Source of the DNA: Eledone cirrhosa
Lineage: Eukaryota
Direction: 5' to 3'
Assembly (NCBI GenBank): GCA_964016885.1
Contig: OZ024743.1
Span: 136,648,001-136,712,000 of the forward strand
Length of the DNA stretch: 64,000 nt
In this document: positions 1-11,179 of the stretch, one piece after another
Layout of the letters: each line of letters opens with the position of its first letter
Numbering within the stretch: the stretch's first letter is position 1
Position numbers and translations under genes: made by a program
Notes under the pieces: model-generated
The model's input: the letters and a program-made list of their open reading frames with translations, nothing else
Databases searched by the model: none
What the model was told of the DNA's origin: nothing

Positions 1-899
1 TGCTTGGTGCTTGGTACTTAGTCCTTGGTGTTTGGTGCTTGGTGCTTGGTGTTTGTACTTGGTGCTTGGTGCTTGGTGTTTGGTTCTTGGTTCTTGGTGT
101 TTGGTACTTGGTGCTTGGTGCTTGGTGCTTGGTGTTTGGTGTTTGGTGCTTGGTGTTTGGTGCTTGGTGCTTGGTGCTTGGTGCTTGGTGTTAGGTGTTT
201 GGTGCTTGGTGCTTGGTGTTTGGTGCTTGGTGTTTGCTGTCTGGTGTTTGGTGTTTGGTGTTTGGTGTTTGCTGTTTGGTGTCTGCTTTTTGGTGTTTGG
301 TGTTTGCTGTATGGTGTTTGCTGTTTGGTGTTTGGTGCTTCGTGTTTGGTGTTTGGTCTTTGGTGATTGGTGTCTGGTGCTTGATGTTTGGTGTTTGGTG
401 TTTGGTGCTTGGTGCTTGGTGTTTGGTGCTTGGTGCTTGGTGTTTGTACTTGGTGCTTGGTGCTTGGTGTTTGGTGCTTGGTTCTTGGTGTTTGGTGCTT
501 GGTGTTTGGTGCTTGGTGCTTGGTGTTTGGTGCTTGGTGCTTGGTGTTTGGTGTTTGGTGCTTGGTGCTTGGTGCTTGGTGTTAGGTGTTTGGTGCTTGG
601 TGCTTGGTGTTTAGTGTTTGGTTCTTGGTGCTTGGTATTTGGTGCTTGGTGCTTGCTGCTTGGTGTTTGGTGCTTGGTGATTGATGCTTGGTGTTTGGTG
701 CTTGGTGCCCAGTGTTTGGTTTTTGGTGCTAGGTGCTTGGTGCATGGTGTTTGGTGCTTGGTGTTTGGTGTTTGGTGGTTGGTGCTTGGGGATTGGTGTT
801 TGGTACTTGGTGCTTGGTGCTTGGTGTTTGGTGCTTGGTGCTTGGTGTTTGGTGTTTGGTGCTTGGTGCTTGGTATTTGGTGCTTGGTGCTTGGTGCTT

Positions 900-1330
900 G
901 TTGTTTGGTGATTGGTGCTTGGTGCTTGGTGTTTGGTGTTTGGTGCTTGGGGCTTGGTGTTTGGTGCTGCGTGCTTGGTGCTTGGTGCTTGGTGCTTGGT
1001 GCTTGGTGTTTGATGCTTGGTGTTTGATGCTTTGTGTTTGGTGTTTGGTGTTTGGTGCTTGGTGTTTGGTGTTTGATGCTTGGTGCTTGATGCTTGGTGC
1101 TTGGTGCTTGGTGTTTGGTGCTTGGTGCTTGGTGTTTGGTGTTTGGTGCTTGGTGCTTGGTGTTTGGTGCTTGGTGCTTGGTGCTTGTTGTTTGATGATT
1201 GGTACTTGGTGCTTGGTGTTTGGTGTTTGGTGCTTGGGGCTTGGTGTTTGGTGCTGCGTGCTTGGTGCTTGGTGCTTGGTGCTTGGTGCTTGGTGTTTTG
1301 TGTTTGGTGTTTGATGCTTGGTGCTTGGTG
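900..1330 (+). repeat. 287-bp (41-unit) offset local duplication, also present in the 7.2-7.6 kb copy
   Basis: TTGTTGT-TTG(G/A)TGA at ~898 and ~1185; GCTGCGTGC at ~966 and ~1253 (7244/7531 in the second copy). Only one copy in the homologous segment at ~62.5 kb. Confidence 0.8.
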
Positions 1331-2266
1331 TTTGGTGTTTGGTGCTTGGTGTTTGGTGTTTGCTGTTTGCTGTTTGCTGTTTCGTGTTTGCTGTTTGGTG
1401 TTTGGTGTTTGGTGTTTGCTGTTTGGTGTTTGCTGTTTGGTGTTTGGTGCTTGCTGTTTGGTGCTTGGTGTTTGGTGCTTGGTGCTTGGTGTTTGGTGTT
1501 TGGTGTTTGGTGCTTGGTGCTTGGGGCTTGATTTGGTGCTTGGTGCTTGGTGCTTGGTGTTTGGTGTTTGGTGCTTGGTGTTTGGTGCTTGGTGCTTGGT
1601 GCTGGGTGTTTGGTGCTTGGTGTTTGGTGCATGGTGCTTGGTGCTTGTTGTTTGTCGCTTGTTGCTTGGTGCTTGGTGTTTGGTGCTTGGTGCTTGGTGT
1701 TTGGTGTTTGGTGCTTGGTGCTTGGTGTTTGGTGTTTGGTGCTTGGTGTTTGGTGTTTGGTGCTTGGTGCTTGGTGTTTGCTGCTTGGTACTTGGTGCAT
1801 GGTGTTTGGTGCTGGGTGCTTGGTGTTTGGTGCTTGGTGTTTGGTGCTTGGTGCTTGGTGTTTGGTGTTTGGTGTTTGATGCTTGGTGTTTTATGCTTGG
1901 TGCTTGGTGTTTGGTGCTTGGTGTTTGTACTTGGTGCTTGGTGCTTGGTGTTTGGTGCTTGGTACTTGGTGCTTGGTGTTAGGTGTTTGGTGCTTGGTGC
2001 TTGGTGTTTGGTGTTTGGTCCTTGGTGCTTGGTGCTTGGTGTTTAGTGCTTGGTGCTTGGTGTTTGTTGTTTGGTGCTTTCTGCTTGCTGCTTGGTGTTT
2101 GCTGCTTGGTGCTTGGTGCTTGGTGTTTGGTGTTTGGTGCTAGGTGCTTGGTGTTTGGTGTTTGGTGTTTGATGCTTGGTGTTTGGTGCTTGGTGTTTGG
2201 TGCTTGGTGCTTGGGGCTTGGTGCTTGGTGCTTGGTGCTTGGTGCTTGGTGTTTGGTGCTTGGTGT

Positions 2267-5200
2267 TTGGTGTTTGGTGTTTGATGCTTGGTGTTTGGTG
2301 CTTGGTGTTTGGTGCTTGGTGCTTGGGGCTTGGTGTTTGGTGTTTGGTGCTTGGTGCTTGGTGTTTGGTGCTTGGTGCTTGGTGCTGGGTGGTTGGTATT
2401 TGGTGCTTGGTGCTTGGTGTTTGGTGCTTGGTGCTTGGTGCTTGGTGTTTGGTGCTTGGTGCTTGGTGCTTGGTCTTTGGTGCTTGGTGTTTGGTGTTTG
2501 GTGCTTGGTGCTTTGTGTTTGGTGCTTGGTGATTAGTGTTTGGTGCTTGGTGCTTGGGGTTTGGTGTTTGGTGCTTGGTACTTGGTGTTTGGCGCTTGGT
2601 GTTTGGTGTTTGCTGTTTGGTGTTTGGTGTTTGGTGTTTGCTGTATGGTGTTTGCTGTTTCGTGTTTGGTGTTTGCTGTTTGGTGTTTGGTGTTTGCTGT
2701 TTGGTGTTTGGTCTTTGGTGCTTGGTGTTTGGTGCTTGGTGCTTGGTGTTTGGTGTTTGGTGCTTGGTGTTTGGTGTTTGGTGCTTGGTGCTTGGTGCTT
2801 GGTGTTTGGTGTTTGGTGTTTGGTCCTTGGTGTCTGGTGCTTGGTGTTTGGTGTTTGGTGTTTGGTGCTTGGTGTTTGGTGTTTGGTGTTTGGTGTTTGG
2901 TGCTTGTTGCTTGGTACTTGGTGCTTGGTGTTTGGTGCTTGGTGCTTGGTGTTTGGTGCTGGGTGCTTGGTGTTTGGTGCTTGGTTCTTGGTGCTTGGTG
3001 TTTGGTGTTTGGTGCTTGGTGCTTGGTGCTTGGTGTTTGGTGTTTGGTGCTTGGTGTTTTATGCTTGGTGTTTGATGTTTGGTGCTTGGTGCTTGGTGTT
3101 TGGTGCTTGGTGCTTGGTGTTTGTACTTGGTGCTTGGTGCTTGGTTCTTGGTGTTTGGTGCTTGGTGCTTGGTGCTTGGTGCTTGGTGTTTGGTGCTTGG
3201 TGTTTGGTGCTTGGTGTTTGGTGCTTGGTGCCTGGTGCTTGGTGCTTGGTGTTTGGTGCTTGGTGTTTGGTGCTTGGTATTAGGTGTTTGGTGCTTGGTG
3301 CTTGGTGTTTGGTGTTTGGTGCTTGGTGTTTGGTGCTTGGTGCTTGGTGTTTGGTGTTTGGTGCTTGGTGTTTGGTGCTTGGTACTTGGTGCTTGGTGCT
3401 TGGTGTTAGGTGTTTGGTGCTTGGTGCTTGGTGTTTGGTGTTTGGTGCTTGCTGCTGGCTGCTTGGTGTTTGGTGCTTGGTGATTGGTGCTTGGTGTTTG
3501 GTGCTTGGTGTTTGGTGTTTGGTACTAGGTGCTTGGTGCTTGGTGTTTGGTGCTTGGTGCTTGGTGTTTGGTGTTTGGTGCTTGGTGCTTGGTGTTTGGT
3601 GCTTGGTGCTGGGTGCTGGGTGGTTGGTGTTTGGTGTTTGGTGTTTGGTGCTGGGTGCTTGGTGTTTGGTGCTTGGTGCTTGGTCTTTGGTGTTTGGTGT
3701 TTGGTGTTTGGTGCTTGGTGCTTGGTGCTTGGTGTTTGGTGCTTGGTGCTTGGTGTTTGGTGCTTGGTGCTTAGTGTTTGGTGCTAGGTGCTTGGGGTTT
3801 GGTGTTTGGTGCTTGGTGCTTGGTGTTTGGTGCTTGGTGCTTGGTGTTTGGTGTTTGGTGCTTGGTGCTTGGTGTTTGGTGTTTGGTGTTTGCTGTTTGG
3901 TGTTTGGTGTTTGGTGTTTGCTGTTTGGTGTCTGCTTTTTGGTGTTTGGTGTTGGCTGTATGTTATTTGCTGTTTGGTGTTTGGTGTTTGGTGTTTGGTG
4001 CTTGGTGCTTGGTGTTTGGTATTTGGTGCTTGGTGCTTGGAGTTTGGTGTTTGGTGCTTGGTGCTTGGTGTTTGGTGTTTGATGCTTGGTGTTTGGTGCT
4101 TGGTGTTTGGTGCTTGGTGCTTGGGGCTTGGTGTTTGGTGTTTGGTGCTTGGTGCTTGGTGTTTGGTGCTTGGTGCTTGGTGCTGGGTGGTTGGTATTTG
4201 GTGCTTGGTGCTTGGTGTTTGGTGCTTGGTGCTTGGTGCTTGGTGTTTGGTGCTTGGTGCTTGGTGCTTGGTCTTTGGTGCTTGGTGTTTGGTGTTTGGT
4301 GCTTGGTGCTTTGTGTTTGGTGCTTGGTGATTAGTGTTTGGTGCTTGGTGCTTGGGGTTTGGTGTTTGGTGCTTGGTACTTGGTGTTTGGCGCTTGGTGT
4401 TTGGTGTTTGCTGTTTGGTGTTTGGTGTTTGGTGTTTGCTGTATGGTGTTTGCTGTTTCGTGTTTGGTGTTTGCTGTTTGGTGTTTGGTGTTTGCTGTTT
4501 GGTGTTTGGTCTTTGGTGCTTGGTGTTTGGTGCTTGGTGCTTGGTGTTTGGTGTTTGGTGCTTGGTGTTTGGTGTTTGGTGCTTGGTGCTTGGTGCTTGG
4601 TGTTTGGTGTTTGGTGTTTGGTCCTTGGTGTCTGGTGCTTGGTGTTTGGTGTTTGGTGTTTGGTGCTTGGTGTTTGGTGTTTGGTGTTTGGTGTTTGGTG
4701 CTTGTTGCTTGGTACTTGGTGCTTGGTGTTTGGTGCTTGGTGCTTGGTGTTTGGTGCTGGGTGCTTGGTGTTTGGTGCTTGGTTCTTGGTGCTTGGTGTT
4801 TGGTGTTTGGTGCTTGGTGCTTGGTGCTTGGTGTTTGGTGTTTGGTGCTTGGTGTTTTATGCTTGGTGTTTGATGTTTGGTGCTTGGTGCTTGGTGTTTG
4901 GTGCTTGGTGCTTGGTGTTTGTACTTGGTGCTTGGTGCTTGGTTCTTGGTGTTTGGTGCTTGGTGCTTGGTGCTTGGTGCTTGGTGTTTGGTGCTTGGTG
5001 TTTGGTGCTTGGTGTTTGGTGCTTGGTGCCTGGTGCTTGGTGCTTGGTGTTTGGTGCTTGGTGTTTGGTGCTTGGTATTAGGTGTTTGGTGCTTGGTGCT
5101 TGGTGTTTGGTGTTTGGTGCTTGGTGTTTGGTGCTTGGTGCTTGGTGTTTGGTGTTTGGTGCTTGGTGTTTGGTGCTTGGTACTTGGTGCTTGGTGCTTG

Positions 5201-5862
5201 GTGTTAGGTGTTTGGTGCTTGGTGCTTGGTGTTTGGTGTTTGGTGCTTGCTGCTGGCTGCTTGGTGTTTGGTGCTTGGTGATTGGTGCTTGGTGTTTGGT
5301 GCTTGGTGTTTGGTGTTTGGTACTAGGTGCTTGGTGCTTGGTGTTTGGTGCTTGGTGCTTGGTGTTTGGTGTTTGGTGCTTGGTGCTTGGTGTTTGGTGC
5401 TTGGTGCTGGGTGCTGGGTGGTTGGTGTTTGGTGTTTGGTGTTTGGTGCTGGGTGCTTGGTGTTTGGTGCTTGGTGCTTGGTCTTTGGTGTTTGGTGTTT
5501 GGTGTTTGGTGCTTGGTGCTTGGTGCTTGGTGTTTGGTGCTTGGTGCTTGGTGTTTGGTGCTTGGTGCTTAGTGTTTGGTGCTAGGTGCTTGGGGTTTGG
5601 TGTTTGGTGCTTGGTGCTTGGTGTTTGGTGCTTGGTGCTTGGTGTTTGGTGTTTGGTGCTTGGTGCTTGGTGTTTGGTGTTTGGTGTTTGCTGTTTGGTG
5701 TTTGGTGTTTGGTGTTTGCTGTTTGGTGTCTGCTTTTTGGTGTTTGGTGTTGGCTGTATGTTATTTGCTGTTTGGTGTTTGGTGTTTGGTGTTTGGTGCT
5801 TGGTGCTTGGTGTTTGGTATTTGGTGCTTGGTGCTTGGAGTTTGGTGTTTGGTGCTTGGTGC
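2267..5862 (+). repeat. Tandem duplication of a 1798-bp unit (~2267-4064 / ~4065-5862), no differences noticed
   Basis: ORF pairs 2288/4086, 2536/4334, 2540/4338, 3079/4877, 3410/5208, 3529/5327 have identical translations and constant offset 1798. 1798 = 257x7 - 1, matching the single 6-bp TTGTAC unit per copy (3121, 4919). Confidence 0.96.
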
Positions 5863-6400
5863 TTGGTGTTTTGTGTTTGGTGTTTGGTTTTTGGTGCTTG
5901 GTGCTTGGTGCTTGTTGCTTGGTCCTTGGTGTTTGGTGCTTGGTGCTTGGTGTTTGTACTTGGTGCTTGGTGCTTGGTGTTTGGTTCTTGGTTCTTGGTG
6001 TTTGGTACTTGGTGCTTGGTGCTTGGTGCTTGGTGTTTGGTGTTTGGTGCTTGGTGTTTGGTGTTTGGTGCTTGGTGCTTGGTGTTTGGTGCTTGGTGCT
6101 TGGTGTTTGGTGCCTGGTGCTTGGTACTTGGTGTTTGGTGTTTGGTGCTTGGTGCTTGGTGCTTGGAGTTTGGTGTTTGGTGCTTGGTGCTTGGTGTTTT
6201 GTGTTTGGTGTTTGGTTTTTGGTGCTTGGTGCTTGGTGCTTGGTACTTAGTCCTTGGTGTTTGGTGCTTGGTGCTTGGTGTTTGTACTTGGTGCTTGGTG
6301 CTTGGTGTTTGGTTCTTGGTTCTTGGTGTTTGGTACTTGGTGCTTGGTGCTTGGTGCTTGGTGTTTGGTGTTTGGTGCTTGGTGTTTGGTGCTTGGTGCT
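5830..6400 (+). repeat. 328-bp offset local duplication
   Basis: TTGGAGT 5835/6163, TTTGTGT 5870/6198, TTGTAC 5954/6282, followed by TTGGTTC-TTGGTTC in both. 328 = 47x7 - 1. Confidence 0.85.
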
Positions 6401-9400
6401 TGGTGCTTGGTGCTTGGTGTTAGGTGTTTGGTGCTTGGTGCTTGGTGTTTGGTGCTTGGTGTTTGCTGTCTGGTGTTTGGTGTTTGGTGTTTGGTGTTTG
6501 CTGTTTGGTGTCTGCTTTTTGGTGTTTGGTGTTTGCTGTATGGTGTTTGCTGTTTGGTGTTTGGTGCTTCGTGTTTGGTGTTTGGTCTTTGGTGATTGGT
6601 GTCTGGTGCTTGATGTTTGGTGTTTGGTGTTTGGTGCTTGGTGCTTGGTGTTTGGTGCTTGGTGCTTGGTGTTTGTACTTGGTGCTTGGTGCTTGGTGTT
6701 TGGTGCTTGGTTCTTGGTGTTTGGTGCTTGGTGTTTGGTGCTTGGTGCTTGGTGTTTGGTGCTTGGTGCTTGGTGTTTGGTGTTTGGTGCTTGGTGCTTG
6801 GTGCTTGGTGTTAGGTGTTTGGTGCTTGGTGCTTGGTGTTTAGTGTTTGGTTCTTGGTGCTTGGTATTTGGTGCTTGGTGCTTGCTGCTTGGTGTTTGGT
6901 GCTTGGTGATTGATGCTTGGTGTTTGGTGCTTGGTGCCCAGTGTTTGGTTTTTGGTGCTAGGTGCTTGGTGCATGGTGTTTGGTGCTTGGTGTTTGGTGT
7001 TTGGTGGTTGGTGCTTGGGGATTGGTGTTTGGTACTTGGTGCTTGGTGCTTGGTGTTTGGTGCTTGGTGCTTGGTGTTTGGTGTTTGGTGCTTGGTGCTT
7101 GGTATTTGGTGCTTGGTGCTTGGTGTTTGGTGTTTGGTGCTTGGTGCTTGGTGTTTGGTGCTTGGTGCTTGGTGCTTGTTGTTTGGTGATTGGTGCTTGG
7201 TGCTTGGTGTTTGGTGTTTGGTGCTTGGGGCTTGGTGTTTGGTGCTGCGTGCTTGGTGCTTGGTGCTTGGTGCTTGGTGCTTGGTGTTTGATGCTTGGTG
7301 TTTGATGCTTTGTGTTTGGTGTTTGGTGTTTGGTGCTTGGTGTTTGGTGTTTGATGCTTGGTGCTTGATGCTTGGTGCTTGGTGCTTGGTGTTTGGTGCT
7401 TGGTGCTTGGTGTTTGGTGTTTGGTGCTTGGTGCTTGGTGTTTGGTGCTTGGTGCTTGGTGCTTGTTGTTTGATGATTGGTACTTGGTGCTTGGTGTTTG
7501 GTGTTTGGTGCTTGGGGCTTGGTGTTTGGTGCTGCGTGCTTGGTGCTTGGTGCTTGGTGCTTGGTGCTTGGTGTTTTGTGTTTGGTGTTTGATGCTTGGT
7601 GCTTGGTGTTTGGTGTTTGGTGCTTGGTGTTTGGTGTTTGCTGTTTGCTGTTTGCTGTTTCGTGTTTGCTGTTTGGTGTTTGGTGTTTGGTGTTTGCTGT
7701 TTGGTGTTTGCTGTTTGGTGTTTGGTGCTTGCTGTTTGGTGCTTGGTGTTTGGTGCTTGGTGCTTGGTGTTTGGTGTTTGGTGTTTGGTGCTTGGTGCTT
7801 GGGGCTTGATTTGGTGCTTGGTGCTTGGTGCTTGGTGTTTGGTGTTTGGTGCTTGGTGTTTGGTGCTTGGTGCTTGGTGCTGGGTGTTTGGTGCTTGGTG
7901 TTTGGTGCATGGTGCTTGGTGCTTGTTGTTTGTCGCTTGTTGCTTGGTGCTTGGTGTTTGGTGCTTGATGCTTGGTGTTTGGTGTTTGGTGCTTGGTGCT
8001 TGGTGTTTGGTGTTTGGTGCTTGGTGTTTGGTGTTTGGTGCTTGGTGCTTGGTGTTTGCTGCTTGGTACTTGGTGCATGGTGTTTGGTGCTGGGTGCTTG
8101 GTGTTTGGTGCTTGGTGTTTGGTGCTTGGTGCTTGGTGTTTGGTGTTTGGTGTTTGATGCTTGGTGTTTTATGCTTGGTGCTTGGTGTTTGGTGCTTGGT
8201 GTTTGTACTTGGTGCTTGGTGCTTGGTGTTTTGTGCTTGGTTCTTGGTGTTTGGTGTTTGGTGCTTGGTACTTGGTGCTTGGTGTTAGGTGTTTGGTGCT
8301 TGGTGCTTGGTGTTTGGTGTTTGGTCCTTGGTGCTTGGTGCTTGGTGTTTAGTGCTTGGTGCTTGGTGTTTGTTGTTTGGTGCTTTCTGCTTGCTGCTTG
8401 GTGTTTGCTGCTTGGTGCTTGGTGCTTGGTGTTTGGTGTTTGGTGCTAGGTGCTTGGTGTTTGGTGTTTGATGCTTGGTGTTTGGTGCTTGGTGTTTGGT
8501 GCTTGGTGCTTGGGGCTTGGTGTTTGGTGCTTGGTGCTTGGTGCTTGGTGTTTGGTGCTTGGTGTTTGGTGTTTGGTGTTTGATGCTTGGTGTTTGGTGC
8601 TTGGTGTTTGGTGCTTGGTGCTTGGGGCTTGGTGTTTGGTGTTTGGTGCTTGGTGCTTGGTGTTTGGTGCTTGGTGCTTGGTGCTGGGTGGTTGGTATTT
8701 GGTGCTTGGTGCTTGGTGTTTGGTGCTTGGTGCTTGGTGCTTGGTGTTTGGTGCTTGGTGCTTGGTGCTTGGTCTTTGGTGCTTGGTGTTTGGTGTTTGG
8801 TGCTTGGTGCTTTGTGTTTGGTGCTTGGTGATTAGTGTTTGGTGCTTGGTGCTTGGGGTTTGGTGTTTGGTGCTTGGTACTTGGTGTTTGGCGCTTGGTG
8901 TTTGGTGTTTGCTGTTTGGTGTTTGGTGTTTGGTGTTTGCTGTATGGTGTTTGCTGTTTCGTGTTTGGTGTTTGCTGTTTGGTGTTTGGTGTTTGCTGTT
9001 TGGTGTTTGGTCTTTGGTGCTTGGTGTTTGGTGCTTGGTGCTTGGTGTTTGGTGTTTGGTGCTTGGTGTTTGGTGTTTGGTGCTTGGTGCTTGGTGCTTG
9101 GTGTTTGGTGTTTGGTGTTTGGTGCTTGGTGTCTGGTGCTTGGTGTTTGGTGTTTGGTGTTTGGTGCTTGGTGTTTGGTGTTTGGTGTTTGGTGTTTGGT
9201 GCTTGTTGCTTGGTACTTGGTGCTTGGTGTTTGGTGCTTGGTGCTTGGTGTTTGGTGCTGGGTGCTTGGTGTTTGGTGCTTGGTTCTTGGTGCTTGGTGT
9301 TTGGTGTTTGGTGCTTGGTGCTTGGTGCTTGGTGTTTGGTGTTTGGTGCTTGGTGTTTTATGCTTGGTGTTTGATGTTTGGTGCTTGGTGCTTGGTGTTT

Positions 9401-11179
9401 GGTGCTTGGTGCTTGGTGTTTGTACTTGGTGCTTGGTGCTTGGTTCTTGGTGCTTAGTGTTTGGTGCTAGGTGCTTGGGGTTTGGTGTTTGGTGCTTGGT
9501 GCTTGGTGTTTGGTGCTTGGTGCTTGGTGTTTGGTGTTTGGTGCTTGGTGCTTGGTGTTTGGTGTTTGGTGTTTGCTGTTTGGTGTTTGGTGTTTGGTGT
9601 TTGCTGTTTGGTGTCTGCTTTTTGGTGTTTGGTGTTGGCTTTATGTTATTTGCTGTTTGGTGTTTGGTGTTTGGTGTTTGGTGCTTGGTGCTTGGTGTTT
9701 GGTGTTTGGTGCTTGGTGCTTGGAGTTTGGTGTTTGGTGCTTGGTGCTTGGTGTTTTGTGTTTGGTGTTTGGTTTTTGGTGCTTGGTGCTTGGTGCTTGT
9801 TGCTTGGTCCTTGGTGTTTGGTGCTTGGTGCTTGGTGTTTGTACTTGGTGCTTGGTGCTTGGTGTTTGGTTCTTGGTTCTTGGTGTTTGGTACTTGGTGC
9901 TTGGTGCTTGGTGCTTGGTGTTTGGTGTTTGGTGCTTGGTGTTTGGTGCTTGGTGCTTGGTGCTTGGTGTTAGGTGTTTTGTGCTTGGTGTTTGGTGTTT
10001 GCTGTTTGGTGTTTGGTGTTTGGTGTTTGGTGTTTGCTGTTTGGTGTCTGCTTTTTGGTGTTTGGTGTTTGCTGTATGGTGTTTGCTGTTTCGTGTTTGG
10101 TGTTTGCTGTTTGGTGTTTGGTGTTTGCTGTTTGGTGTTTGGTCTTTGGTGCTTGGTGTTTGGTGCTTGGTGCTTGGTGTTTGGTGTTTGGTGCTTGGTG
10201 CTTGGTGCTTCGTGTTTGGTGTTTGGTGCTTGGTGTCTGGAGCTTGGTGTTTGGTGTTTGGTGCTTGGTTCTTGGTGTTTGGTGCTTGGTGTTTGGTGCT
10301 TGGTGCTTGGTGTTTGGTGCTTGGTGCTTGGTGTTTGGTGTTTGGTGCTTGGTGCTTGGTGCTTGGTGTTTGATGTTTGGTGCTTGGTGCTTGGTGTTTG
10401 GTGTTTGGTTCTTGGTGCTTGGTATTTGGTGCTTGGTGCTTGCTGCTTGGTGTTTGGTGCTTGGTGATTGATGCTTGGTGTTTGATGCTTGGTGCTTGGT
10501 GTTTGGTTTTTGGTGCTAGGTGCTTGGTGCTTGGTGTTTGGTGCTTGGTGTTTGGTGTTTGCTGCTTGGTGCTTGGGGCTTGGTGTTTGGTACTTGGTGC
10601 TTGGTGCTTGGTGTTTGGTGCTTGGTGCTTGGTGTATGGTGTTTGGTGTTTGGTGCTTGGTGTTTGGTGTTTGGTGCTTGGTGCTTGGTGTTTGTTGCTT
10701 GGTACTTGGTTCATGGTGTTTGGTGCTGGGTGCTTGGTGTTTGGTGCTTGGTGCTTGGTGTTTGGTGTTTGGTGCTTGGTGTTTGGTGTTTGGTGCTTGG
10801 TGCTTGGTGTTTGTTGCTTGGTACTTGGTGCATGATGTTTGGTGCTGGGTGCTTGGTGTTTGGTGCTTGGTGTTTGGTGCTTGGTGCTTGGTGTTTGGTG
10901 TTTGGTGTTTGATGCTTGGTGCTTGGTGTTTGGTGCTTGGTGTTTGTACTTGGTGCTTGGTGTTTTGTGCTTGGTTCTTTGTGTTTGGTGTTTGGTGCTT
11001 GGTGCTTGGTGCTTGGTGTTAGGTGTTTGGTGTTTGGTCCTTGGTGCTTGGTGTTTAGTGCTTGGTGCTTGGTGTTTGTTGTTTGGTGCTTTCTGCTTGC
11101 TGCTTGGCGTTTGGTGCTTGGTGCTTGGTGCTTGGTGTTTGGTGTTTGGTGCTAGGTGCTTGGTGTTTGGTGTTTGGTG

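Larger units (their letters stand above)
1..9450 (+). repeat. Higher-order duplication: ~1-3150 repeated at ~6230-9450 (offset 6229, drifting to 6278, 6306, 6299)
   Basis: Matching ORF pairs 25/6254, 195/6424, 388/6617 (6229), 1199/7477 (6278), 2288/8587, 2536/8835 (6299). Shared rare markers TTAGTCC, GCCCAGTG, TTGGGGA, TGCGTGC, TTGAT, TTGTCGC. Offsets change only by multiples of 7. Confidence 0.93.

Noticed and set aside
191-195. TTAGG motifs (insect telomere unit) at TTGGTGT-TAGGTGT junctions
   Set aside because: Isolated single substitutions in 7-bp phase, never tandem; no TTAGGG seen.
2384-2392. GCTGGGTGG resembling E. coli Chi (GCTGGTGG)
   Set aside because: Not an exact match, and expected by chance from this base composition.
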